Source: Myxococcota bacterium
GTDB lineage: Bacteria; Myxococcota_A; UBA9160; JAFDDA01
Direction: 5' to 3'
DNA length: 64,000 bases
Assembly (NCBI GenBank): GCA_965228475.1
Contig: OZ245817.1
Coordinates: forward strand, 992,001 to 1,056,000
Shown: positions 38,692-48,396 of the stretch, piece by piece
How positions within the stretch are numbered: the stretch's first letter is position 1
Layout: every line of letters starts with the position of its first letter
Translations under genes and position numbers: made by a program
Notes under the pieces: generated by a model
What the model saw: the letters and a program-made list of their open reading frames with translations, nothing else
Told to the model about the DNA's origin: nothing
Databases searched by the model: none

Positions 38692-40986
38692 ATGAAGCTC
38701 TCTACCGAGATCTCAACTCAGGCATTTGACATCCGTACGGAAGAAGAGCTGCGAGCTTGGCTTGTCGAGGTCGATCGGTCGGTCGGGGGGCTAGCGTGGA
38801 CTCCGGTTGGCGGCATCGAGAACAACGTGCATGCGGTCGAGGTTGCGAGCGATCCGGCTGCCGCTCTAGTAGAGAACGTTACCAACGCGATTGACGCCAT
38901 CTTGGATCTCGAGGCTCAGCGAGCCGAATCCACAGCGGCGAGCCCTCACGAAGCGGCGCGAGCGTGGCTCAAGGTGCCGGCTGGCGGCGTCAGCGGTATG
39001 AAGGTGGATGAGCGGCAGCGCCTCGCCGACTCGATCCTGATCTCCAATCATGAGTCGGGTAAGGCAGATCGGCCCACCGTGACGGTCCAGGATCGTGGAT
39101 GCGGCCAGCACCCGGACGACTTCAGCTCCACGCTGATGTCGTTGATGGCTTCGAACAAGAAGTCAAAGAATCATCAGATGGGTGTCTACAACGCCGGCGC
39201 AGCCGCAACCTATGTGTTCTGTCCGTACACGATTGTAGTGTCGCGTTGTGCACCCTCGTTGCTCGGCGGGCGAAGCGACGAGATCGGCTTCACCGTCGTT
39301 CGTTACGATCCGCTCGATCCCGACAGGTACAAGTCGGGTACATATCTCTATTGCACAGATGCGAAGGGTGGGATCCTGCGGCTGGCCTTGAAAGGCGGGA
39401 CTCTTCCGAGACTCGAGTGGGGAACCTATGTCAAGCACGTCGCCTACGACCTCCCCGACAACGGTCGCGCCGCGCACGAGCCCAAGGCCAGCCTACATCA
39501 CCTCCTGAATTCGGCTCTGCCCGACCCCGCACTGCCCTTCTGGGTGGAAGAGAAACGCGAGGATCGGTTCAGCGGGGTTCGAGCCGGCGGAGAGCGCCGC
39601 GTGATCACTGGCTTAGTGGCGCGCCTGGGGCGGAAGGGCACCTGCGAATACCACGATGAGCGCTTCGTCTCGCTTGGTCTGGAGAACGGTAGCGTACTGC
39701 TCAGATACTTCGTGCTGGACGCTGACCAAGATCCGGATGCATTCACCTCGAAGCATCAAGGCCTCTCTTTCCTTCTCAACGGCCAACGCCATGGCATGAA
39801 GGACCGGTACTGGGTGAAGCGAAACACCGGGCTCAACTACCTTTGGCGTCGCCTGGTCATCCTTGTGGACTGCAATGGGTTATCGAGCAGCGCGAAGCGC
39901 CAGGTGTTTGCTTCAACGCGGGAGTCGAGCAAGGAGAGTGAATTCGCTCGGTCGATCGTCGCGCGGGTCAAGGACGAGTTGAGCAGTGACGATGAACTCA
40001 CAGCACTCGATGAGGAAGCGCGACAGAGGACACTCTCAGCTGCGACCAGCGCAGTCTCGAAGAAAGTGAAGAAGCAGCTAGCGGGCCAGATCTCCGCTTT
40101 CCTGAGCGGCACCGGGCCGGGAAACAAGGGGGGTGCGGAGGCGCCGGCGGGTCGTCTTCGCAAGCCTCCGGTGCGTCGCGACACCGATGATACTGACATG
40201 CTTTCCGTGCCCGACACGATCAAACTTCTGAGCGACCCAATCCGCATTCGCGCAGGTACGACTGCACCCGTCTACCTCGAGATCAACGGCAAGAACGGAT
40301 TTCTCCCAAAGCATGATGAAGCTCTGACGGTGGTGGTTGGCCCCGAGTTGAAAGATACGGTCCGCTTGAGATCTAAGGGGCGGCTGATGGGCGGAAGGGT
40401 TCGGCTGATGATGGAGTCGGACAAGGAGGCGCCGCTCAAGCTCTCTAGCTTCCAGGTCGCTCTTGTAGCTCCCGAGCTGAGCCTTGCGTTGATCGCGAGC
40501 GGTTCGATCGAGGTTCGGGCTCCGAAGAGGACGAAGAAGGAGGAGTCCAAGAAGCGCGGCGGTGAGGCCGATATCGAGGTCAACTGGATCCAGCGCGCGG
40601 GTTGGGAAAAACAGGTTCCGCCGTGGACCGAGAACGTGGCCGGGGAGTGTGTCTTGGAGCGGAAGGACCCGAGTAACCCTAGGGCGATCACTCGCGCCGA
40701 GTTCCAGCTGAACGAGGCCTTCAAGCCGCTGGAGGATGTTCTCCAAGCAAAGAAGGTTGGTGAAGACGCACGACAGCGTTTCTATGATGCGTATATCATG
40801 CCAGTCTGTTGGGGCTTCTTTATGCAAGCGACAGCGGAGCTTCAGCGTGAGCAGCAAGCCGATGCCGAGGGGACGGAACTAGCCATTTCGGATGAATACC
40901 TGCAGGGCGAGCGGGAACGCTTAGCTCGCACGATCCTTCTGGCAATGGAGCCCGGCTTGGCAGCGGCCGTACGAGGTGAGGAGTAA
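38692..40986 (+). CDS. GHKL (Hsp90/MutL/MORC/TopoVIB-like) ATPase, 764 aa
   Basis: GGAGG RBS. ALVENVTNAIDA (N box), VQDRGCGQ (G1), SNK...MGVYNAG (G2-like), WGTYV. Confidence 0.8.
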   Translation: MKLSTEISTQAFDIRTEEELRAWLVEVDRSVGGLAWTPVGGIENNVHAVEVASDPAAALVENVTNAIDAILDLEAQRAESTAASPHEAARAWLKVPAGGVSGMKVDERQRLADSILISNHESGKADRPTVTVQDRGCGQHPDDFSSTLMSLMASNKKSKNHQMGVYNAGAAATYVFCPYTIVVSRCAPSLLGGRSDEIGFTVVRYDPLDPDRYKSGTYLYCTDAKGGILRLALKGGTLPRLEWGTYVKHVAYDLPDNGRAAHEPKASLHHLLNSALPDPALPFWVEEKREDRFSGVRAGGERRVITGLVARLGRKGTCEYHDERFVSLGLENGSVLLRYFVLDADQDPDAFTSKHQGLSFLLNGQRHGMKDRYWVKRNTGLNYLWRRLVILVDCNGLSSSAKRQVFASTRESSKESEFARSIVARVKDELSSDDELTALDEEARQRTLSAATSAVSKKVKKQLAGQISAFLSGTGPGNKGGAEAPAGRLRKPPVRRDTDDTDMLSVPDTIKLLSDPIRIRAGTTAPVYLEINGKNGFLPKHDEALTVVVGPELKDTVRLRSKGRLMGGRVRLMMESDKEAPLKLSSFQVALVAPELSLALIASGSIEVRAPKRTKKEESKKRGGEADIEVNWIQRAGWEKQVPPWTENVAGECVLERKDPSNPRAITRAEFQLNEAFKPLEDVLQAKKVGEDARQRFYDAYIMPVCWGFFMQATAELQREQQADAEGTELAISDEYLQGERERLARTILLAMEPGLAAAVRGEE

Positions 40987-40988
40987 GT

Positions 40989-41225
40989 ATGGCATTGGTA
41001 AGCAGGATCGAGCGATCAGGTCGAAGCTCGGGGTCGGCGCACGGAGAGACCTACTGCGAGGTCACTGTTTTCACGGATGACGAGGGTGCGCGGTATCTCC
41101 AGCTGGACACCCATGGCTCGAAGACTCGGAAGATGCCCGGCAAGGTCAGCCAGTCACTCCAGCTCAATCGCGATGGAGCGCTAGCGCTGAAGCGCCACCT
41201 TGAGAAGGCATTCCCCGGCCTCTAA
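40989..41225 (+). CDS. Small conserved protein (78 aa), LQLDTHGS..R..PGKVSQSLQL family
   Basis: GAGGAG RBS 2 nt after the ATPase stop. Beta-strand-rich, then a C-terminal helix. Confidence 0.75.
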   Translation: MALVSRIERSGRSSGSAHGETYCEVTVFTDDEGARYLQLDTHGSKTRKMPGKVSQSLQLNRDGALALKRHLEKAFPGL

Positions 41226-42466
41226 GGGCCGACCGACAGTTCTTCTGAGTCTTCCGCTCGACGTCCGGGCCCCTTGCCGGTGCCTGGATGCTGTGCGTGC
41301 TCTCCGATCAGGCCGCGATACTCGTCGGGGAACTCGGCTGTCGGTTCAGCTTCAGGCGGTTCGCCGCGATCCGGGGGCGCCAGCTTCGGCCCACGGCGGA
41401 GGCGCTCGTTTCCCAAGAGTTGGCGGCGGATCTCTAGGGCGAGGACCTCTGAGAGCAGCGAGGGGACCGCGTTCCCGAGCATCCGCTGAATCTCATTTCT
41501 GCCGCAGTCGAACCGGAGGCCGTCCGGAAAGGTCTGCAAGCGGCAGAGTTCTTGAGGCGTCAGGCGCCGGTTCTTCCAGTGAAACGGCCCCGTTGCGGTC
41601 CCCGGTTGAGCTTGCAGCGTCCACGCAGGCAGCTGCTTGGAGAGCTTGAGTAGAAAGTTCCAATACCGGCGGCGCCAACCGAACAGGGGAAGGCCACCAC
41701 CGCGATCGGTGTGCCAGAGGTAGTTCTGTCCCTCCGGAATCGTGGGCAGGAGCCCGCCCCAGCGGCCACCGACGATGAGCGATTCGTCAAGCCGAGGCTC
41801 CTCAAGGTCTCCGATCGCGTCCCAAGCTGTTCGATAGCGCTCGCGGCGCCTGAAGAGATCAAGAGAGGATTGCTGTTCGTGGGTAGGCTCCGGAAACTCG
41901 AACGTGTTCCCATCGCGGCTTCCAATCAAGAACACCCGCTCTCTGAGTTGCGGCACGCCGTAGTCGGCAGCGTTGAGGGAAGCCCAAGAGACCCGGTAGC
42001 GGGTTTTCGCACGAGCGTTGATCGCCTCGATACCGTCCAGCAACAGCGAAAGACCCTCGTCCTTTCCCTGGTACGCAAGCCCGCGCACATTCTCGAGCAA
42101 GAAGACCCGAGGCTTCGTCTCTTCGAGAATGCGGAGATAGGCGGATAGAGTGTTCGACCGCGGGTCGTCAAGCCGGTCCGCGTCTCCCCCTGCCCAGTAG
42201 CCGGACTTGGAGAATGGCTGGCAGGGTGGCCCTCCGATCAGCACATCGGCCTGACCCTTGCGGAGTCCCGCCTTTCGAAGAACCTGTCGCGATGTGACAT
42301 CGTGGACGTCCTCTTCGATCAGGGGCCACCGCTTGCGATTCAGTCCAACGGTTCGACAAGCGGTCCGGTCGAACTCGAGAGCGACCGAGGTTCGGAAGCC
42401 GGCCGACTCGAACCCGAAGTCGAGCCCTCCGATCCCAGTGAAAAGGCTAATTACAGTCGGCTTCAA
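41222..42466 (-). CDS. DNA (cytosine-5) methyltransferase
   Basis: FTGIGG (I), GGPPCQPFS (IV), ENVRG (VI), QLRERVF (VIII), RLQTFP/GNAVP (IX/X). Confidence 0.95.
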   Translation of the reverse strand: MKPTVISLFTGIGGLDFGFESAGFRTSVALEFDRTACRTVGLNRKRWPLIEEDVHDVTSRQVLRKAGLRKGQADVLIGGPPCQPFSKSGYWAGGDADRLDDPRSNTLSAYLRILEETKPRVFLLENVRGLAYQGKDEGLSLLLDGIEAINARAKTRYRVSWASLNAADYGVPQLRERVFLIGSRDGNTFEFPEPTHEQQSSLDLFRRRERYRTAWDAIGDLEEPRLDESLIVGGRWGGLLPTIPEGQNYLWHTDRGGGLPLFGWRRRYWNFLLKLSKQLPAWTLQAQPGTATGPFHWKNRRLTPQELCRLQTFPDGLRFDCGRNEIQRMLGNAVPSLLSEVLALEIRRQLLGNERLRRGPKLAPPDRGEPPEAEPTAEFPDEYRGLIGEHAQHPGTGKGPGRRAEDSEELSVGP

Positions 42467-42552
42467 ACTCTCACCCCGTCGAGCATATAATCCTTCATTT
42501 CCGAAAGGTTGCGAAGGGCAATTCCGACCGGGGAGGTTTCGTTAGATACGCG

Positions 42553-43089
42553 ATGAAAACACGAAAATCCGAAGCTGTCAAAACCGATGAGCGGGAGCCC
42601 GCGGTTGCGGCCGGAGCACGGGCAGCCACAGGACCAGAACCCCTCGTGCTTGCAATGTTCTCTCGGATGTCGCTCGAGGTGGAGTACATACGTACCAAGG
42701 AAGTCCTCAATAATGAGCTTCCCACGTGGGCCGCTGTCAGGGGCGACCCCCAAGAAGAACTGTCGGATCTACTCCGAGACGTTGGTTTGGACACGACTGA
42801 GTCGATGTATCTCCAGGCGATTCTAGACAAGGTTGAGGCTCGGGAGGGCAGGTTCTCCGTTGGTCGGTTGAGTTCGCTCGAGGATGACGAGGCCGATCTG
42901 ACCTCGCTACCAAGGGTTGCCCGAGAGACGGTCCGGTGCACCATGCTATACCGGTTGGGCCGCCAGGCCTGTCTGACTGACGCACACGCCTGGCGCATCC
43001 CTCTTGCATTCGCGGCGCAAAACTGGTGGTTCGAAAACCGCTGCCTGCGGGATCGGGGTCCAGAGGGTTTCGGAGGGAGGGCGGTCTGA
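42553..43089 (+). CDS. Hypothetical protein, coupled to the downstream nuclease
   Basis: GGAGG upstream. TGA/ATG overlap at 43087-43091. Confidence 0.55.
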   Translation: MKTRKSEAVKTDEREPAVAAGARAATGPEPLVLAMFSRMSLEVEYIRTKEVLNNELPTWAAVRGDPQEELSDLLRDVGLDTTESMYLQAILDKVEAREGRFSVGRLSSLEDDEADLTSLPRVARETVRCTMLYRLGRQACLTDAHAWRIPLAFAAQNWWFENRCLRDRGPEGFGGRAV

Positions 43090-44222
43090 TGCGTCGCTAC
43101 AAGGTCGCCCGACGCGGAACCGCCGTTGACTTCATTCATCGCGCGATTGAGAAGGGGGGCGGGAAGATCCTCTCGCCCGCCGACCCCCGAAGCGCGCCGT
43201 TCGAAGTCCGGATACGCACGCCAGCCGGCGAGACATTGGATCTGGTCTGCTACGCGTTCACCGCGAACAAGTACCGACAGGCTGGCCGACCATCCGACGA
43301 GCATCGATTCCAGCTCAAGTATGGGAGTGACACGAAGGGCTACCACAAGTTGCACGTGCCCGAGACCACCTCCCAGGTGACTCTAATGTTCGGAGTCCAC
43401 CTAGAAGAGAAGCTTTTCATCGCCTGCGACCCTGAAATGCACCGGTGGACTCGTTTCTTTCGCTCCGTAGAGTTCAAGTCGAGTGATCTGGCTCTCGCGA
43501 AGCAGAAGGGCTGGCACGGCTGGGAGCGGGAGCGCTCGATTGCGCGACGCAGGCTCGTGATGCCACGGGAGTCGTTCCAGACCGAGATCTTGCTCGGATT
43601 TCGACCCGAGCACTTCCTGCGCTACGTCGCGTTTGAGCGAATCGCAACCGGGGAAGACCCTGGTGAGCGGCTCCTGCTCGCCGACAAGATGGGCTCCGAG
43701 CCAGTCCCGAAGAAGGGAGGGGCTCATCCACTCGAGACAGAACTAGGTCTCAGTGCGAACCAGATTCTAGACCTGATCGGTGGTGCATTTCGGCTCCACG
43801 CTGCGGTGCGGGGGAGCGCAGCAGAGCATCATCTGGGCGAACACCTTCGTTCTCTATCTGCGTTCAAGAAAGTGGAGCCGCTTGACAAGGACGGACAACC
43901 CGATTTTTCGGTCGAAACCAACTCGGGGGAGTCCGTCCTAGTCGAGTGCAAGAATGTCCTGCGCAAGACGACGAAGGGGGCAGTGCCGGTTGTCGATTTC
44001 CAGAAAACGAGGGTCTCAAAGGGTGACGCCTGTACTCGCTACTACCGCCACGACCAGTTTCAGATTCTCGCCGCCTGCCTTCACCCGGTGAGCGAGAACT
44101 GGGATTTCCGTTTCTGTAGACTCGGAGACCTTGCACCCCACAAGAAGTGCAAAGGAAGAATCGCTCCGAGGGTTCTCGTCGAAGGCTCAGGCTGGACGCC
44201 CAGTATTCTGGATCTGATCTAG
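43089..44222 (+). CDS. Putative restriction endonuclease (C-terminal PD-(D/E)xK)
   Basis: AAEHHL...QPDFSV...VECKN. N-domain contains RPSDEHRFQLKYG. Divergent from the C5 MTase. Confidence 0.75.
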   Translation: MRRYKVARRGTAVDFIHRAIEKGGGKILSPADPRSAPFEVRIRTPAGETLDLVCYAFTANKYRQAGRPSDEHRFQLKYGSDTKGYHKLHVPETTSQVTLMFGVHLEEKLFIACDPEMHRWTRFFRSVEFKSSDLALAKQKGWHGWERERSIARRRLVMPRESFQTEILLGFRPEHFLRYVAFERIATGEDPGERLLLADKMGSEPVPKKGGAHPLETELGLSANQILDLIGGAFRLHAAVRGSAAEHHLGEHLRSLSAFKKVEPLDKDGQPDFSVETNSGESVLVECKNVLRKTTKGAVPVVDFQKTRVSKGDACTRYYRHDQFQILAACLHPVSENWDFRFCRLGDLAPHKKCKGRIAPRVLVEGSGWTPSILDLI

Positions 44223-44520
44223 GCTTGATCCGGGACTTGCGCCGCCCCCTCCCGAGCCCGCTCCTTGATCCTCACCATCTGCCAGGCGAACCCGCCCGGG
44301 AAGTACGTCAGCCACTCCATGTAGTCGCCGGTGCGGTCGACCGTTCGGAGGGCGGCGCAGTACTTGTCGCCGTCCTTGTTGTAGGAGATCGGGAGCTCGA
44401 AGAGGAACTTGAAGTCGTGACCGTGCTGGTAGGAGCGGGGGTTGTCAGCATCCACGCCGTGCGGCCGTTGCCGTCTAAGAATGGGTGGGTCCAGACGAGG
44501 CGGTGCTGGGTGAAGCCTCT
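44219..44520 (-). pseudogene. Fic-domain protein remnant (frameshifted, 5'-truncated)
   Basis: LVWTHPFLDGNGRTA (Fic motif, core at 44461-44487) lies in one frame and YQHGHDFKFLF...MEWLTYF in another. Confidence 0.8.
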
Positions 44521-44571
44521 CAGGCGACGGGGTGATCCAGAAAACAGGTTGGCTTCTTCTGCGCATTCGAT

Positions 44572-46371
44572 CTAGAGGGACTCGTAGTAGCTCCTCAGCT
44601 TCTGAGCCATGAGCACGCGACGTTTGGCGAGGAAGTCCTGGTATCCGGAGACAGTCAGGTCGCTGACGTCCGTCGGGATGCAGTGCATAGAGAAGTTTCG
44701 AGCCAGTTCCTCGGCATCGACGATCCCTCCGAGCGTGCGAGTCCCGCCCCGGACCTGCGCCCGGACGGTCTCGAAATACTCTGCGGGCGGTGTGTTCCCG
44801 ATCCGGATATTGATCTCCTGCTGCATGTAGACCAGGTTGGCGATCTGGTTGTACTGGCCCCGTTTGAGGCCCTTCTTCTTGAGGTAGTCCCGCGGGAATA
44901 GGTGGTGGACGTCCCCCCGATGCTCCAGCAGATCCTGTACCGTGATGTCACGGGAGAGAAAGCCCTTGTCAGCTGCCTTGACCTGCGATGCCCAGTAGAG
45001 GCCCATGAAGCGGCTGGTCATGACGCCCGTGTCGAGTTCTTGGACCAGCCCCACGGTCCAGAACGCATCCGATAGATCGGCGGACTCAAGGCTCTCAAGG
45101 TACTCGTGAAAGGCTCGATTCTCGATCTGCCGAACGTCATAGTCGAACTGGGTCTCTGACGATCCCGAGTAGCGCCCCGTCAACAAACTCATCGCGATCC
45201 AGCGCCGAACGAAAGACTCGATCTGATGAGGTTGGTAGTCTTTTCTCTCAGACAGCATCAGGTAGAGGATGTACGCGAAGTTCAGGACGTTCTGCGATCG
45301 AATCAGTCCGGTACGAATGAAACCGCCAGATCGAACGATCATGAGGAAGCGCTTGAAGCGCGTTTCGTTCATCGCCCCCTGAACGCCACCGGTCAGTTTC
45401 GCGAAGCTCGCTCCCGCGATCTCGTCGACGTACTGCCGCGTCTCGAAGTTTCGCCCTGAAAGGAGGGCGACCAGATCGGAAAGCTTTCCTCGGCCGAACT
45501 TTGACGTGAACGCCACGCGCAGGAGGTCGCTGTAGTCCGGATCGTAGAGATCGTCCTTCTCGTTCTTCAGCCATGCGAGCCGTGGGTACCAGGCGGACCT
45601 CGCAAAGTCGGCATCGTTCTCGACGATCGCATCGTGTGCTTCCGGTGCGACGGCAAGGTGGCAGAAGTAGTCGATCGCCTTCCGGAGTTCGGCCCCGCCA
45701 TACTTCTGGTCGGCTGCAATCTTTGACATGGCGAAGTCGGCCTGGCTAAGCACCACGCCCTTGGAGTTGATTCGAATGAAGATCTCGGTGACGGTCTCGA
45801 TGTCGAGGTCGCCATCGAGTTGGATGAGCCCGATCTGGCGATTGCTGAGATCGACGAGCTGCTGAAAGCTCGATTGAACGACGCGACGGTCAGCCTCGAC
45901 GTTCTGCTCGCAGAACGCATCGACTGCATCGAAGAGATTGACCTGCCGGTCCACGAACCCAGCAATGTCTTGAATCCACGCCTTGTCCTTCAAGATGGCC
46001 GGGTTCGAAACCTCGAAACGTTGAGTCAGCGGTTCAAAGGCGATCTTGATCCGAACGCGGCGGTAGTCTCGGTTGACGACCTGCTCACCTAGCAACGCTG
46101 CGGTCAGTGCCGTCACGCGCTGCTGGCCGTCGATAAGAATCTTGCGCCCGCCTGAAGAGCTACCGTCCTTGAGCCTGACATCGGGGTTCTGCCAGGCGAT
46201 CAGATAGCCCACCGGATAACCGTGATAGAGGGAGTCCATGAGGTCTCTAACCTTGCTGGAGTCCCAGACGAACGGTCGCTGGATCTCCGGAATCGCGATC
46301 TCGCCCGCCTTGACCCAAGCGAGGATCGTGCTGACCAAGTGCTGGTTGACCTCGTACTTTTGACTCTTCAT
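44572..46371 (-). CDS. DUF262 (GmrS-like) + C-terminal HNH-like (DUF1524/GmrD-like) protein, type IV restriction candidate
   Basis: IPEIQRPFVW, LIDGQQR, FIRINSKG, DVHHLFP, NQIANL. Confidence 0.88.
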   Translation of the reverse strand: MKSQKYEVNQHLVSTILAWVKAGEIAIPEIQRPFVWDSSKVRDLMDSLYHGYPVGYLIAWQNPDVRLKDGSSSGGRKILIDGQQRVTALTAALLGEQVVNRDYRRVRIKIAFEPLTQRFEVSNPAILKDKAWIQDIAGFVDRQVNLFDAVDAFCEQNVEADRRVVQSSFQQLVDLSNRQIGLIQLDGDLDIETVTEIFIRINSKGVVLSQADFAMSKIAADQKYGGAELRKAIDYFCHLAVAPEAHDAIVENDADFARSAWYPRLAWLKNEKDDLYDPDYSDLLRVAFTSKFGRGKLSDLVALLSGRNFETRQYVDEIAGASFAKLTGGVQGAMNETRFKRFLMIVRSGGFIRTGLIRSQNVLNFAYILYLMLSERKDYQPHQIESFVRRWIAMSLLTGRYSGSSETQFDYDVRQIENRAFHEYLESLESADLSDAFWTVGLVQELDTGVMTSRFMGLYWASQVKAADKGFLSRDITVQDLLEHRGDVHHLFPRDYLKKKGLKRGQYNQIANLVYMQQEINIRIGNTPPAEYFETVRAQVRGGTRTLGGIVDAEELARNFSMHCIPTDVSDLTVSGYQDFLAKRRVLMAQKLRSYYESL

Positions 46372-46430
46372 TAGGGCGGACCTCATCGACGGGGAATCAG
46401 GCGGGGTCTTCGCAGACGGAGTGCACGCTA

Positions 46431-47246
46431 TCAATTCGAAGGAAAGTACTTCTTCGAGAAGGACGCCAGATGTTCCTCGAGGAACTCGTCGCCCTTGGCC
46501 TGTTCGAGCAACCGCTGGTGGAGTGATTCGAGTCCGACCGGCGTCACGCACTGTCCCCAGTCGCTTTTCAGGCCATGATGGAATCCGTCGGCTTTTTCCG
46601 CGAGTTTTCGATTCGCTCGGGGGAATACCAGGAACAACCGATCGTTCCGATCGGCATGTAGATGCCAGAGGTTTCTCAATAGCTGGTAGCGTTTGAAGAA
46701 TTCCTCTTCCGTCTCGAGCCATCTGCTGGCAACGCGGCCCTCTAGCCGCGGGCGATACACGGCGTCGTACTTCTTGCGCCGCCTGTCATTTGGCTTGGCG
46801 GTCCCGAACTCGCTCTCGGTGAGCTTCAGCTCGAAGAATAGCTGGCTGCCCGATTCGAGCTGGAGCCAGAGGTCGAAGTTCGTGCCTTCCTCCGCGTCGG
46901 GCACACGCTCAAACTCCCAGCTTGAGATCGACTCTGCTGTGACGCCCAACGCCTTCAGCAGCACCGCGGCCGGCTCCGGTCCGGCGCCAAGGAATGGGAA
47001 GAACAGGTTGAAGCCCATCGCCTGGGACGAGTTCAGGTGGTGGAAGTCTCGGTGGAGCTTCGGTCGGCGGAACCAATCCCAGAAATCGTCGTGGATCGTC
47101 TCGAGGATGTTCTTGTCCTGCTCCAACTCCGGGAGGATATGGGGGTAGGGCTGCTTCTTCCGCCTCCACAGCCCGTCCTTGCGGACGCCCAGGTGGTCGC
47201 GCTTGTACTTGGCAAGGTGATCTCTCAGCGCCGCGCGATATCCCAT
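46431..47246 (-). CDS. PD-(D/E)xK putative restriction endonuclease (PGN_0703-like)
   Basis: HHLNSSQAMGFNLF, TNFD...FELKLTE, YQLLRN. Confidence 0.78.
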   Translation of the reverse strand: MGYRAALRDHLAKYKRDHLGVRKDGLWRRKKQPYPHILPELEQDKNILETIHDDFWDWFRRPKLHRDFHHLNSSQAMGFNLFFPFLGAGPEPAAVLLKALGVTAESISSWEFERVPDAEEGTNFDLWLQLESGSQLFFELKLTESEFGTAKPNDRRRKKYDAVYRPRLEGRVASRWLETEEEFFKRYQLLRNLWHLHADRNDRLFLVFPRANRKLAEKADGFHHGLKSDWGQCVTPVGLESLHQRLLEQAKGDEFLEEHLASFSKKYFPSN

Positions 47247-47501
47247 GGGCGTCGTCCTCCTCCCTCAGCATGGCAGACCCCGGGCTCTTGGTGGCCGTCG
47301 ATCGCTCGCTGCCACCGGCTGTCGCGTTTCACCTCATGCCGGCTCAAGATCAGAGGCGCGCTCCGGCCCGCGGCCAGGGTCCGTACTACGTGATTCCCTG
47401 GGCCGCAGAGTCCTGAGGCGTGGGCGGCTCGGAGGTGGCGCCAAGCGGAGCGGACTGGGCTCGGGAAGCAGATTGACAAGGAATCCGCGTTGGGGCGACG
47501 A

Positions 47502-48284
47502 CTAGCGTTCTCCTGGCGCGCCTTCCGCCGCTTCGAGTTCGCGCGCCTTCGAGAGCGCTGAGGCGACCAGTCCGGTGGGTACGGCGACCACGCCGAGCCC
47601 CACCATCAGTACCGTGAAGGTGAAGACGCGCCCGCCGGCCGTGACGGGGAAGATGTCGCCGTAGCCGACGGTCGTCAGGGTGGCGACGGCCCACCACAGA
47701 CTGTGGAAGACCGAGGCGAACTCCTCCGGCTGTGCCTCGCGCTCGAAGTAGTAGATGCCGACTGCCGAGAGATAGAGCACCACGAGCGCGAGGCACGCGA
47801 ACAAGATGAGCTCTTCCTTGGCGATCTGAGCCGCGAGGCGGAAGCGTCGGATGGCCCGGCTGTAACGCGCGAGCTTGAAAACCCGGAAGACCCGAAGCAG
47901 CCGGAAGGCACGGACGGACCGCAGGTCGATGCCCAGGGCCAGGTAGAAGGGCAGGATCGCGATCAGGTCCACGATCCCGAAGAAGCTGAAGATGAAAGAG
48001 GCCTTCCGGTCCGCGACGAGGATCCGAAGGACGTACTCGATGGTGAAGAGACCGACAACGACGGCCTCGAGCACACCGAGCGCGCGTCGCCACGAAGGAT
48101 CCAGGTTCGGGAGCGTCTCGATCGAGAAGGAAACCAGCGACAGCACGACCAGCGCCTGGACGGTCAGGTCGAAGGCCCGCCCCGCCCGCGTCTCTGTGGA
48201 CTCTACGATCTGCTTCAGGCTCAAACGGCCCCCCGCCCCGCTCTCAGATCGCGGGATTCTCTCCCGGTCCGATGTCGGGTTCAA
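47502..48284 (-). CDS. Voltage-gated-type potassium channel (6TM)
   Basis: S4 segment RAFRLLRVFRVFKLARY. Filter TTVGYGD. Start uncertain. Confidence 0.92.
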   Translation of the reverse strand: MNPTSDRERIPRSESGAGGRLSLKQIVESTETRAGRAFDLTVQALVVLSLVSFSIETLPNLDPSWRRALGVLEAVVVGLFTIEYVLRILVADRKASFIFSFFGIVDLIAILPFYLALGIDLRSVRAFRLLRVFRVFKLARYSRAIRRFRLAAQIAKEELILFACLALVVLYLSAVGIYYFEREAQPEEFASVFHSLWWAVATLTTVGYGDIFPVTAGGRVFTFTVLMVGLGVVAVPTGLVASALSKARELEAAEGAPGER

Positions 48285-48396
48285 TCCTGGAGGGGCGTCG
48301 TCTCGGCGATGGATTGGGCCGTGCCGTCCACAGGCTTGCCCTGACCAGGGTCGCGAAGGAACCGGTGGATCCAGTTGCGATCGCGCTGAGGATATG

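Larger units (their letters stand above)
38306..48396. mobile_element. Defence island (lower GC3, R-M/nuclease cargo); boundaries approximate
   Basis: Abrupt rise in A/T-ending codons and a cluster of MTase/nuclease/ATPase genes, between a truncated gene and a tRNA att remnant. Confidence 0.7.

Noticed and set aside
47250..47500. Small ORFs and an isolated TTGACA between the K+ channel and nuclease genes
   Set aside because: No matching -10 at the proper spacing and no recognisable product.
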